Shown here piece by piece: positions 1 to 14,063 of a stretch of DNA of 64,000 nucleotides. Below the pieces are notes generated by a model, which did not search any database, had not been told where the DNA came from, and saw only the letters and a program-made list of their open reading frames with translations. Origin of the DNA: Tubiluchus corallicola (lineage: Eukaryota; Animalia; Priapulida); assembly GCA_030141605.1 (NCBI GenBank), contig JAQGDQ010000256.1:258633-322632 (forward strand), written 5' to 3'. The position numbers were made by a program, and so were the translations under genes. Positions within the stretch are counted from its first letter, which is position 1. Every line of letters starts with the position of its first letter.

Positions 1-3000
1 TTTATACAGGGGACAAACAGAAATTTTGTGCAAATGCGACTTTTTTTAATCTCATTGACTTTATTGAACATGTCACATAAATTTACAGCTGAACGTACAC
101 ACAATTTTATATGAAACGTTCATCAGTTTATTTAAGTCACATAAAATGTATTTTATGCAATTTGCAAGATAGTTGATCCTTGACTTCTAAAAGCATCTTT
201 TAAAAGTACTTTTATGGGCTCTATGAATCCGCACATTGTACATTATTTATACATTTTTATTGTCAAAAGTGAGCAATTAATAAGTGAGTTATGTGTCCTA
301 ACTTTTAGCTCAAGTGCTTGCATTTGGACTTGGAATGCCAACTGCAATGCATGGTGAGTTGTTAGGTGTTAGAAGCAGGATAACAGAGACGTGCTATGAA
401 AAGGGATGACATGACAATAAAATAAGAATGTAAGTAACGTAAGTGGAAGGAAAAAAAATAAGGAAAGGAAGAAAGCTAAAATTGAATAAGAATGGAAAGA
501 ATAGCTGAAAGAATATTACTAATGTGTATTTAAGAAATATATTTTCATCTCCTTAAATCTAAGCACACATGTTACTGTTATGATATTACAAAAAATAGAA
601 ATATAATTACTAATGAATTAGTAACTTACGTGACATACTATTAAATTATTTGTTGACTGTTATACTTGATTTCGTTAATATAACAATGTCGACATTTTAT
701 CACACATCTTTATTATTTACCTAGGAGTCATTTGTAACTTTATAAATCTTGTAAATAACTGTCTTTGTGTTTTCTGTTACTATAGTTGTATATAGTATTT
801 TTTTATGTTAGTGCTAGATGAATCTATTGCCAACATTCAATCAGTTGTATACGATACGCTATGTATGATTGACTGGTATGCTGCCTTCTGTACGTAGTAG
901 ACATATCTTATGTACATTGTGTCTTTTGCTTTGTATATATGTAAGATTTTATCAGTTGTCAAATTGGCTAATAAGAATTTTATCGAATTATTTGTCTACC
1001 TGTGTAAATGGTATGTACACTGAAAGAAGTTTTCACGCTGGCATGACATTTGGAAAGTTGAGAACACAGCCATGTGTTGGAAATTTAGAAGCTTCAGTTT
1101 GATGAAGTTAATACATTATCGCTAAGAAGAGGAAGAAGACTGGATGGTTTGATTTGGCTGCATACTGAAAGATAGCTTTAAAAAAATTTAGGAAGAAGTA
1201 CACGTAAATTATACTAAGCGATATAATGGCATCTGGAAACAGGAATTGTGTTTGGGAGGCAAAATCTGTGGCCTTTGTAGTGAAAGTAAAAATCTGGTAA
1301 GAAACTTAATTATAAGGCTGAAGCTCAGTGTAGCCATTACATTTAATTAGACCTGCTAGGAAAACTCGTAAATTCAGTTTCCTTAGTCTGCCCTACTGAC
1401 AAATAAAATGCTTCTTTACATTCCAGTTCATAATTGCACATTTTACACATGTTTGCCTGAGGTCACGTCACTATGCAAGCATCTTCCAATTGTGTCTTAT
1501 GACACACTACTTCAGCATACCGAAAAGCACTTAAAGGCAGTGCTTATTTAAGAACATGTTTCTGGTGTGAATGGAGCCTGGCTCATTATCATAGTTGTCC
1601 CTCTAAGGTGAGACACTGAACTGGCTGAGGTATCTCAACCATGTGCAAATGTATATACAATCCCCTCTATGAGATAAAGAGCCAAAATGTATAAGTGATG
1701 CCACGCATAGAGAGTTTTACATCCACAATGGCCACATGAGACATCATATTTCAATAATAAATGACCACCTATAGCATTAAATTTGATTATAGGTGCAATA
1801 GATTGCAGTGTGTTCACTAAACCCCTAAAATTCAGCTATGATGACAAATGATTGCTATCTTCGTGACAGTATGGTTTGAACTTTTAATAAGTTCTTTAAG
1901 TTAACTATATTTGAGAACTTTAGATGTGATTCTGAGTTCACTGCCTCTCTCGTGAAAAAGAGGAAGAAGAAGACTAGATGGTTTGGCTTGGGACAGAAGG
2001 AAAACTTAAAAATTAAAAAAAAAATGTAAATGATACTGAATAATATTTCAGCTTAGATTGCCTAAAGTGGCTATCATCCCCAATGGTGAAACTTCCATAA
2101 GTATTTACATTAGACTTTATTAACAACATGTTTTAGGTCTAGATCAGCTACAGTTTAGTTTCATTTTGTGAAAATGTGTTAAGTATATGATGACTCTTAA
2201 CAGATAAGAACACTAGCATATGCAGAGTCACTGTGCACTTGTAAGCCATTTATTCCTTCCAAGATCCACTATCTATATGAAATTCTATGTAATAGGACTA
2301 TTACAAGTCGCCATTTGCTTTAACATTTGATAGTCTGCTCTGAAGTGCAAAGTTATCTAACAAATAGAAATGATAATTCACTGAAAAAGCACCCAAACTT
2401 TTATCAGCTAAATTACTAATTATTCAAACAAGTTTTGTCACTAGATCGTATTATTTGTTATTTATAGACTAATCCTTGTACATAATTTTGTTATTGCGCC
2501 TGAGTACGAACAAATAGAAATATTAATATCTCTGGACTAGAGACCATGCCATTGATGGCACCATATAATATTTCCCTGAATCCATTGTTAGGTTTTTTTA
2601 TAGTCAACCATGGTAGCTAAACCTAATTAAATTGATGTCAAGCATATTGGTCTATCACTCCGCCTATGTTGTGACTTAAGCATGCCGAGCGGCATTCAGG
2701 ACATCAGCTCCTGCTGAATATCAACTCTCTTTAGTAAACAACATGACAACTATAATGTCTAATCAGCAGAAAAAGTAATTGTGCTTTTTCATTAAACAAT
2801 GTGGGGTTCTGTCACCCTACGCTGTAACACCCTTCCCTCTCAACTACATCTCGATCCTAGATGCTTCTATGATTACCTCTGGGCCACATGGCTTTCGGTC
2901 CATCACTGGGATGCTAACTTTTAGTCCTTGGGACATTTGTAAGATTTTTTGCCCTGGCACAGGGTCGATTGATTGTTAGATTAGTTGGTCAGTTAATTAA

Positions 3001-6000
3001 TCAATAAATTTGATGGAGTCTGTTGAGCAGTCAGTTGTCAGTCAACTGTTAGTCATTCAACTAATCAACTATTTAGTAGGTGTGCACGTTGAGTTGTGTT
3101 CTATGGTTTCTACTTTCTAGGCAAAAGAAGTATCAGTGTATATCTATCTCTCTGTCTATATATATCGCCAGAGAGAAACAAAAATGTGTTACAAAAATCA
3201 AGATCGATGACTATGATTTATTCAAACAAACTGTTGCCATATTATTTGGTTACCCACTATGTAGGATGTCTCAAATTACATTGATAAAGTTAGTTACAAG
3301 TATAAAGGTTGAACTACCAAGACTACAACTTGTCTCTTAATATGATCTTCTTACACTAACAGATCAAAGTGGCACAGCAAGAAATTTCCCAGAACTTGTT
3401 GATAGAGAATAAATCAAATTATTTGTGTGCTCTGGTGGTAAATTACTGAATAACTGACATTTACGTTTATTTTTCAGCAATGTGATCAGTTTGTAGGCCC
3501 GTCAGCCTCCACTTCGAGTGCACTATTTGCCGTTATTACTCTTTTGCTGATGGAATGGTGACGTAAACTTAGGTAATATTATCCAGTTTCTAAAATTTGT
3601 AATTACGAAATCAGTGCACACGGCGTAGCTTTCTACTTGAAATAACAACAAGATGTTAGTCTGCAGGCTGGTTTTCTTAACTCATTCTGTCTCATGACAA
3701 TTTGCATATTCAGCAGCTGCCCTGTAATGACCAGACATTAGCTTACTTAATTTCACATCTTTTACCGTTGAATTTTTGAGTATTTTTAAATGGCTTATTC
3801 ATTTTATGTGGTATAACTAAATGTAGTGAATAAGCGCGACATGCTTAGTTCACTAAATTTGTGAATTTGTGAATGACATGTGCAAACTTTATCATAACTT
3901 TCATCTTCCACCACACATCACGCATTATAAATTTAAGACAGTTGTCCTAAGTATCCTATGAGTATCAAGTTGGTTTGTTTAAGTGTGATTCTGTGCGCAT
4001 ATCGATTCTCACCTACTGCCAGAGCAGGATTGGTGTGTTTCAAACGCCCTAATGCAACCTTCTACCTACTTTTCAGAAACTTAATACCTGAAACAGTAAG
4101 TAATAGGGAAACAACTGCAAGAATGACAAAAATGCTTGAATACTGTGATAGCTAATATATTTGCAATTTAAAACTGAATGAAAAACAGTCATGGTCCGAC
4201 AATTTCTAGTCTAGAGTGGAGGGTAAACACTTGTGATGGATTAAAAAATACTTCAAGTGTGTGAGCTGTTATGATACTGTTACGAATATGAAATGTCTAA
4301 AATGAAAGAAACAAAATTGTAGTTTTATTCTTTACTACAGTTTTATCCTTTTTGTACAATAACTTGTTAGTAGTGCGATTGGGCTAATATAACTAGCAAA
4401 ATAAGCTATCTAAATAGGCCCAAAAAAGACTAAGTTCTTTGTTAAAGTTTCTAGAAATAAAAACGACACCCAGCACCCACTTAAGAATCAACATGTCTTT
4501 AATTCATATACATCATCTGCAATGTTTCGAACGGTAGAGTTGAAGTGTAGTTTTTCTGTAGTGCTGTGTTGTTATCCTTGAGAATTGTTTTCCCAATCAC
4601 AAATAAGCTTCTAACAATCTCTAGAATGCAGGAAATGCACTGTCAAGCTATGGCTTATGTCTGCCCCTCTGCTGCTTAGCTGGTCCAGGGTATTCTGGCC
4701 TTGCCTATTGCTGGTTTCTACAAGTATATTTATGACATTTGTTATGTGATTCATAATTGTCTGTTGAAGTTTTTTTTTACATTTTGACACTTTATTGAGA
4801 CAGCATCTTTTCATTCTTGTGTACAGCAGACCTGCCAGTCATAGGGGGATGCAAAATCTTTGTATGGATAGGGTGTTCTTGGATGGATGCTTACATGACC
4901 ATATAAGATATTGGGAATAATGTACCTTTCCAATAAACTATATGTAATAGATATCTTAAGCTAAAATTTAATTGAAAAGTTTTCCAAACTGTATTAGTTC
5001 CCTTGTACAAACTAACTAACCCTTGAATCATAATAAAAAATTTTCATTGAAAATGTTATTTGTAATCCAGGGATTAGGCCTACTACTGTAGGGCTATAAG
5101 CAGCAAAAGACAAAGCTGACAACAGTTTTTTGATAAAACATGGAAGTTGTAGGGTTTCCAGTTTTTCGGTACATCATGTTACTATTGATTGGCAAAATTT
5201 TTTGAGGGCTTTTCAACCTTGTAAATCTTAACAATTAGTCTTATCACACTAATCTCGCTATTCTATCCTTAGCAGTGAGTCACTCACGATTATTATATAT
5301 TATTATAGATGATCAGCCTCTCAACTCTTTTAGTAATTATTAGTCTGCACTTTAATTTCAAACAAATAAAAACATCCTAACGTTTTACTGATAACATAAG
5401 TTTAATCCTTATCGACAAGAAGAGGGTGGAGCTTTTCATTAATTGCATTTATGATTCCTAGAGTGCTAGTCTTTATAGCGTCTTCTCTTTTTAGCATCTC
5501 CAGCCTGCTGAACAGCTTGTCAAAAAAGTTCTGTGCTTCAGCTGTTTAAATGTTGGTGACGGTGTGCTTGTTACTCAAAATGTAGTTCATTTTGCCTTAG
5601 AATGTCATCATTTTTGATTTGCCTTGCTGTAAATTCTCTGCGAAGTATCAGTATACAATCAGTCAGCCTATACAGGCAAGTAAAATGGCTTGTATTGCCA
5701 ATAATTTTGTAAAAGTCTTTCTGAACTGAAGTCTCCTTTGAGAGTTTATGTGGGTAGTACTGAATGATTTGCAACTTTATAGCCATTTCATGTTAGTAGT
5801 TCGGTATGTGGCTTCAAATGTGCCCTTAATGAACTGCCGCTGGATTGAACTGTGCTTGATTAGCTTTGGGCTTCAATGCCGTCTTGGTAATTACCACGAA
5901 ATTGAAGCCAATTTTCCTTCTATAAACTTATGTTCTAGATGATGCGATCAGTAATGCGCTATTTGTGTAAACTTCAATCAATGAATGTAGAGCTGCTAAC

Positions 6001-8712
6001 CAAGACTGGCAGTAAATGCATAATTATATTAGCTATGACCAATGGTATGTGTAATACTGTAGAATTCTGTGGGCATACTGTTATTTATTCATGTGATAAT
6101 ATAAATCAAGAAAACCCCTGCACTTCTCATTTTTCTAGAGTTTCTTAGCTAATACATTTTTCTTCAGTACGGTTTTCTCCATATTTCTCCTAGAATATGC
6201 TAGTGTTACAATTTACATAAAATTTGTAAATTGTGACGATTACCATATTTGTTACCCAACAACAAGTGTCATCATCAGCACCAACTGAGCATTGCCTCCG
6301 ACTCGGAGTTAGATCTCTAAATGAATCCACCCATGAACCTAGGCATGTCTGGCTTGACTTATTAAGTTTAAAAAGCGAGTTTGCTTAAAGGTCAGTTTGT
6401 CATCCATTTTTGTCGTATGCTTATATAATAAACAAAGTGTGTATAAAAATTTCAAAATGATTAAGCTTACATTTACAAAATTATTTATTGTAATACTAAA
6501 AATACTTAAAACACAAGGAAACACTATTTTTAAATAAAGCTAAAAGAATTTGTCATGAAATTTTGTATCACCTGCATGGTGTCTTATTGCAAACAGAACT
6601 TGTATTAGTAGCAATGCTGCAGCAAACTAACATTTAAACTCCTGTCATGACAGTTATGTTCAGCCATTTTAATGGTAAGTTGTTTTAAACATTATGCGAA
6701 GTCCGAAAAAACTAATCAGAGCAAGTGCATTTTTTGTTACATGCTGGGATATTGAAAACGTGACATTTTACCAGCTTGTGCATACATTGTCAATTTCGTT
6801 TTTAGTTACATGTCTTTCAAACAGGTAAGCTTACTGCAAAGTAACGTAACTTTGAATGGAAAGTTTGTTTGGGACACTTTAAAATTTCCCTTTTCTTCCC
6901 TTTAAGCACTCAATTTCATTTTCACACCATCACAGATCTGCCTGCATGTAATTTGTCTTGAAGCAAATGTGCTTGGATCTAAGCAAAGGCAATGCTAAAT
7001 CGCTTAAATGTTTACATTTCCATGAGTACAGTTAACTTATTTTGCAATTCTGGTCAAGAGGTTATGGCAAATTCACTTTTTTTATGATCCAAGTGAACCC
7101 AACTTACACTAGTACACACATGTACATATTACATAGTAGTAGTTACAATGCTACATACACTTGTATACAATTTACTTGCAATATGACAACTAGTCTACAC
7201 AACTAATTTGCATATATGGACGTGCATATATCTCACTGTACATGCTCATAATAAAAGTTACTCATAAAATATGGCATCATACAAAATAAATAAAATTGTT
7301 GTACAAAAAAACAAGACTAGAGCAATATCAATGATGCTGAGGCTAATGCTGGCTGCTGTTTTCTGATATTTCATCGTTGCACTCAGGCTCCTGACAAAAT
7401 TGAAAACTGCTTGAGCATCTGAGACAACAATAGCAAGTGTTACTGGCATAATTTTATACATTAATGATGCTCTCTTCAACAAAAAGTTAATTACTCAGTG
7501 GAAAAATAGACCAAGAAAAGTTCGAACGTGACTGTAAGCAACACAAAAACAGCTTAATAAACTAAAAGAGATTGAGCTGATTATGTTCAATAAATTCAAG
7601 GTCATCTGAGTTCTTCATTCAAGGAAGCTCACCAAACTCATTGACTCAGGATTACGTCTTCAAATGCGTCAAATTTCACCTTTTATCTTCGTTATGCACC
7701 TTCTCCTTCTGTCAGGCTTCATACAAAGATTGCAGTAGTATAATAATAATTCTCAATGGTTACAAACCGATCTTAGGTATTTCAAGTTATATCTTAGAAG
7801 CTGTATGGCTCACTACATCAGCTTTAGTAATTTTGTCATCTGCTTGGAACACAACAACCACTCGATTTGAGGACCTGCAATTGTAACGCAGTGTAATGTT
7901 ATTGTTTTGTCTTGCTCTTATCTGCAATTACTGTACATATCTGATGATACTTTACGTCACTGCTGCTTACAGTTTTGATGAAAAGATACCGAATACTCTT
8001 CTCGTTTTTTCGTATACCATGATAATAGTTTGGTTCATGAAAGGAAAGAAGACAAACCTGTCTTTTGTTTCACTTAAAGACGTACTAAATAGATGACACC
8101 TAGTAGTAAAAGGTGGCAACATGTGGTTGTACATGCAAAAAGCAAAATGCCTTTCAGAGGATTGATGACATTGTGATGGAATCTCTATAGTGTACTATAT
8201 CAGGTAAGAAAGACATGTCAGCGTGAGATTTACTGTGATGTTCACATCAAAACGTGGGGGCCACAAGCTTTGCATCAGTGCTGTCTTATGTATTTGTTTG
8301 TTATAACATTCTATAGTCTTTCAGTAAACATTTTGCATTAACTAGCCTTTAAGATCATAGCAAGTGGCTAATCAAATGTGACTGTAAAGTTTGCATAGAT
8401 ATGTGAGGTAATGGATCTGCTGACATTTCTATTGAGCTCACACTTTAGTTAGATGTTAAGCCTGGTCTTTTTCCAGAACACTTTGGAAAAAATCATAAAC
8501 AAAATGAATAACATTTTTAAGATCGTTTTACAAACAAGTCTCTTGAAGTACCTAGTCTTATTTTGTGGAATTTAGGAAATAATTTCCTCTGCCATCACAC
8601 ATGCAGGCATGTAGCCGTGCGCACACACACATATACACGTTAGGAAATACATCATGCTTGCAACAATTAACCAAATAGGCAAACAGCTAATTTTATAACT
8701 GAAAAGGGGGAT

Positions 8713-8795
8713 ACTGAAAAATTTGAGTGAACTAGGATTTGAATGCAGAACCTTGTGCTTTCAGGCCACTTGCTCTTGCCATTTGAACTACTGAC
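8713..8795 (-). mobile_element. tRNA-derived SINE relic
   Basis: The minus strand reads tagttcaaatgg (A-box-like) ... aaagcacaaggttctgcattcaaatcc (degenerate B-box) ... tttttca. It is similar to 30715-30790 and 59095-59180. Confidence 0.45.
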
Positions 8796-8993
8796 TCAAC
8801 ATAGGAGAGCTGATTAAGAAAGATATTACATACATTCAAGTGTCACACATACACACACACACACATACCCTCACACACACATGCAACTTCTTTTGTAGAG
8901 CACCAGAGTTAACTTATATGGGGCTTTGAAATATATATTGAAAAAACTTTCACCTCAGAAGCCATATTTCAGAACTTCTATACATGACTAATC

Positions 8994-9911
8994 TTAATCA
9001 ACAAACTCTTCAGTTCCGTAGTAAATGAGTCTTGCCATCTGGCCGAAGGTAGTGTCCAACTTTTTGATATTCTCTGGAGTGTGTTCTTTTGGCCCATCCT
9101 TTGTTAAATAATGTCTGTGTCCATACAGAAGATGTATGGCATACCACTTATACTGCCAATCGACCTTTTTTGTAAATATATCAAAAATAAGTCCTGTCGA
9201 TACGCCAAATACATCATCCGGTACCCAATGTGCCATGAATGGGTTTTTCTCCAGTAGCTCCTTAACTGGAAGTTCTCCAGCATTAAAATACCACAGTGAA
9301 TCATTAAAGCGGTGATACATATCATAGTATTTTAGCAAAAAGGGTGCTTGCCTTGCACTGACTTGAATCTGATTTCCCATTGTGTTTTCTACTTTCTTTC
9401 TTGTCCATCCTACTGTAAAACTGTACTCTCTGAAAATGTCAAAGGATCGAACAACATAAACATCATTGTCGAGATAGATACCTCCATATTCCATCAGGAT
9501 TTCCATCCGTGCCACATCTGAAGCATGTTGAATGACTTTTATGCTACGACCAAATATGCTTTTTGGTTTTTCACGTGGAATAACTTTAATCGATTTCTGG
9601 TGCTTTAACTGTTCCCAGAACTCTCCGGTTGGTGGAGTGTCACAGTGAATAAAAAGTTTTTCAGGCTTAATGTTCACCAAGGCAGATTTGATACACAGCA
9701 TTTCAACAAAGGTGACATGCGGTTGCCCAAACCGAACAAAGTGAACAAAGTTGGGCACAATATATTTTGGTTTTGCAGTGCTGTGCAATAACTTGCTGTC
9801 ATTTTTCTTCTTCATATTGAAAAACCTTATCGCATGCTCATTTAGTTTTGTCATGTAAAAGTAACACGTAAACACAATCATTGCTCCAATGATAACTATT
9901 GGAAAAATCAT
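8994..9911 (-). CDS. Glycosyltransferase family 32-like protein (DXD sugar-binding; A4GALT/A4GNT-related), copy 1, 305 aa, probable type II membrane protein
   Basis: Intact 305-aa ORF with an N-terminal hydrophobic anchor (MIFPIVIIGAMIVFTCYFY). It carries VPNFVHF, HASDVARMEILMEYGGIYLDNDV (GG.YLD.D DXD motif typical of GT32) and WYFNAG. A splice acceptor (ttttatacttgcag) lies immediately upstream, so the exon starts at 9919. Family assigned from recalled motifs. Confidence 0.88.
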   Translation of the reverse strand: MIFPIVIIGAMIVFTCYFYMTKLNEHAIRFFNMKKKNDSKLLHSTAKPKYIVPNFVHFVRFGQPHVTFVEMLCIKSALVNIKPEKLFIHCDTPPTGEFWEQLKHQKSIKVIPREKPKSIFGRSIKVIQHASDVARMEILMEYGGIYLDNDVYVVRSFDIFREYSFTVGWTRKKVENTMGNQIQVSARQAPFLLKYYDMYHRFNDSLWYFNAGELPVKELLEKNPFMAHWVPDDVFGVSTGLIFDIFTKKVDWQYKWYAIHLLYGHRHYLTKDGPKEHTPENIKKLDTTFGQMARLIYYGTEEFVD

Positions 9912-12900
9912 GATGTGACCTGCAAGTATAAAAGCAGTATAAATTGACTGCCCTCCTTACTTTCAAGCCTGAAAGATATTACTAAATTTAAAAACCTTTA
10001 TCGTATGTAAGCTACCTAGTGACTATTGTTGCCACATGTAACATCATCAGTTATAGGAATATTTGTAGACAGAAAATCTTTTATAAATTTAAAATCTGTG
10101 CATATTTCTTTATTATTGCTGGGTAGAATTATTCTTCATTTGTAGCACTCTCCAATATTTTTAAAAGTAATGCGAATGTGTGGTACAGTAAATTCTCGAC
10201 AAATGAAAAAGTAAGGAGCAGTTAAGGTTTAGTGTCAGCTGTTCTGAATTGATCACAATACATGTAATATGCATTATTATGTTGTAATATAGGCCTATAT
10301 AAAGTAAGACGTAACATGGCCTGCGAACAATATGTTTGAGTGTAAATTGAGGATACTGATAATTGATTTACTGATAAAGCTCAGCTGTTCCAGAGATCAC
10401 CTTGTGTCATACTTGGGTATTTGCTCTGAGCATGATAAATTTGGCAAATTTACAGTAGATGAATGAACTAGCATTTTACCTCATCTGCTTTGTCCTAATG
10501 ATTTGTTGAACTTAATTTTAGTCGTAACGTGGAATAGTCTACAAATGCCTAAATTATGTTAAACAAATGAGAGATCATAATTAAGCAGGAATCATACAAT
10601 ATTTTACAGTTACAGTGGAAAAGACCCAAATGTGCACCACCAAACCAAAGACATGCTCACATTGAAATTAGTTGAGTTTTATCATGTGGTCAAAATCAGA
10701 ACTAGAGGTTATCACAGATCAGGGATTCAGAGCGCACAAAGCTATATAATGATGTATGCACTAAATCACTGTCAATTTTATATGGTAGAGTAGGTTTTTT
10801 TATTTAGTAGGACAGTGCTCTTATATTGAAATTGTCTGTAGTGTATTGGTAAATTCATTCAATCTGAAGTGGTGACTAAAATTAGAAGAGAAGACTAGTT
10901 TAAACCAAAATTTAATTGATATTTTAAGTGATCATATAGCTGTGTTATTGCAGGTGCTGCAACTTGTGGCATACTTCATTTGTATCAGCATGCATCACTA
11001 TTTTCTGTATCACAGCACCGTAATACAGAATCTGATGTTGAATGCCAGGTAAAGGAAAATACAAAAAGGGCGAAATTGAGCAGGTGCAGTAGATTCGGTG
11101 GAAATACACAAAAGTAATAGTTCCACACAGAGCGAAAATGACAGAAGATTAAAATATGTTAAATGTGCTGCATCCTTGGCTTACATTTTCTGCTGCATCT
11201 GGCTGCATCCGCCACGTTCAGAATCCACTTATTATTTGTTGTCATGGTCACTGAATTTCACTTAGAAACATGTACTAACATTCTTATACAAAAATTGTGT
11301 GTTAGCAAACAATGTGACATGAATCAATAATCTTAAATGAGAGGACTGAACGCTTCACAATACTGTAACAACTCAGCTCACTTTTCTTTTGAAAAAGCAT
11401 TCTAACGAGAGTAAAAAGGGTAATTTGTGGAATTCTATGAACAACTTTCGTTTCTTACACTGACCGTAAATGTTGTTGATCTCAGGTTTGTGTTTTCAAG
11501 TATGACCTTCTGTTTTGGTTGCAAAAAATGGGTATGTAATTTGGTAAGCTAAGAAAGTTCTGCATTAGACTTTGCCTATATTCTTCACCAACAGTCATAA
11601 TAGTTGTCATACCGTCAAGGTTGTAGCCAAAAACGTCTGCAAAATTCCGTTTTCATGTTTGCACATTATAATTACACATATCATGTGCAAAAAGTACAGA
11701 TTTTCCTAGACTATATCCGTAACTTCAGCCTGTATGGTTATCTGGCAAGGCTAAACATCTTGGGCTGATGGTGACCAGAGTAGTTGATAAGGATTTTTAT
11801 TTTTCATGTTGTGTGCCACTTAGGTTTAGTCTTAAATAGTAAGTTAAACTGACAAATTTGTAATCTTAACTGAAGAACATAACAGCTAAAGTACTTAAAC
11901 ATAGTGAGAGTGGAAGCTACTATCGAAGTCTGACTAGACAGAATGCCCTACAATAAGATCAACGTTTGATGTAAGTAGTTTAGGTGGAAGTACAAAAACA
12001 TTTCCTTTTATACGGCTAATATTTACTGGTATTCTATGAGCAACAATTATCATAGTTTATCAGTCTTTTCATCTTTTTTTTACCAACATTACTGAGATAA
12101 TTATATTTTTCCTCAGAACGTTAAGTGACACCACCAAGAAGATAAAAAATGTAAAAAATGTTTAAGAAAATTTAGTATGGTAATACAGAAAATAAAAAAT
12201 GAGAACTAGAGTATTAAGTGCAAACCTGAAATCGGCTTCATTGTGCACAAATGGAAGTTAAAAAAATGCAGGAATAAACATATATGTCAAAGCAATTTCT
12301 GTGATTCTGTCTTAACTTTAGTGATCTCATAATTTAGTTGACATTGAAAACAATGGCAATATGTGAAACAATTGCTTCTTAGAGACATTCTAAAAGACAA
12401 TGAGTTGGTCAGTAGATTGTTATCTAACTTCGCGTTTGATTCAGTACTGTTTAAATGCAGTCTGCAAACCAGGATCCTTCACTGAACAATGGAGGGCTAC
12501 TTAGTGTAAACGACTGTGGCAGGATAGAAACTTAGTTGATTATCAAGGATAATCTATGATGAGACAGTGGTTGCCAATCAGTTTACTAATTCAGCTCGAC
12601 ATTGCTTAATTTCAATCACCATATAAGCACTCAGATATTATCACTGTAAGGGAAATAGGGCCATTTTTTATTCAACATAAAGTAATATAAACCGTGTCAA
12701 TTGCAAATAAAAAAAGAAATTTATTGATGTTGTGAGCAAATTTTCAAGACACTGTCTCATTATCAAATTACAGCAAGTGATGGTGTTCGTTGTGTCACTA
12801 ATTTTGTATTTTGGTGATTGGTGTGCTTTTTATTACTTTTTGTTGGCTCAACAAAGACTGCTGTAGCATACAGGATTACTTTTTATTGGAATGTAGATTC

Positions 12901-14063
12901 AGTTGGACACTTTGTAAATCCGAATGCATCACTCTTTGGCAGTGCTTGCTACAAATGTTAAATGTGCTCTTCAATTAGGCAGTAGCTGTTCTCTAGATAC
13001 TTCTTCACCTATAACTATTACTTAACTTCGTAGCCCAATAAACACTGCGAAAACACTGTAACTACTGAGCTGTGTAATACCTTACTCAACAAATAAATTT
13101 AATAATTGCAGACTATTCTGCAATTCTGACTATTTTGCCAGAATTACCATTCAAAGGATTGTTTCATTTCCAATAAACACTCGTTTGGTCTATCAAAGCA
13201 AGACTTATTGAATCTTGAATTTGTTTCATAAATTTTTTTTAAAAAGTGTATTGTGTGTCTTAGGATAAATACATAAGACAAAAGTGCTTTGCTTATAGTG
13301 TCATGCTTAGCAAAAATTATAGCTACCATATAGATTCAGTGAGTTATATATAAACTTTATTTAGAAAGGATTTTAATAGTAACTAGTAAGACAAAAAGCT
13401 TAGCCTGTCACAATCATATACATTAAGTAGTTCTTTTTATTGTGCACTAGATTTTGGCTTGCAGCATATCAAACTAAAAAAAAGAGAAAAATAGTTGGGT
13501 ATAGTATGACTTAGGTAACACTTTGTTTTAGAAACAATGTATGTTTTATGCAGTAACATTGTAAAAACATTCTTATTGTCAGCCGTCACACAATTTTAAA
13601 TTAAAGCAGAAAACAGGTATATAAACATACAAAATTGATCTAATGAGGACATTTATCAGTCACTATTTTTGGTTTTGTTCTTTAGGACAATTTATTAAAC
13701 TTATACCTTTACTGTTTTAGCAATGTTTCCTATATGCACAAAGAATTGCCAAAAAATTATTATCTTTCCTGAAATTGATAGATTGTTAGCTTCTTTCTGC
13801 TCAAGATTCATAGACTGTGAGAGTAGGATCGCTCGTTTGTCAAAATTATATAGCAGGTGACAATATATGTAGCTACATGTTGTAACTACCCGACTGACTG
13901 CTGGTAAGCAGCTTTGTTAACAGCCACAGATCTGTGTGTCATTCTAGTATTAAATCACATGTGTCACTTGAACCCATTCCCTATAAAACTCAACCGTTTT
14001 AAGGAGCTTCACACTTGTCAAGTCAGGGCAAACAATGCAAAGAAAACTTTTGCACGAGCTTAA

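Noticed and set aside
3478-3572. Exon-like segment (ttttcag ... ag|gtaata) on the plus strand
   Set aside because: It has stops in all three frames and no partner exons were identified; it could be non-coding but is unsupported.
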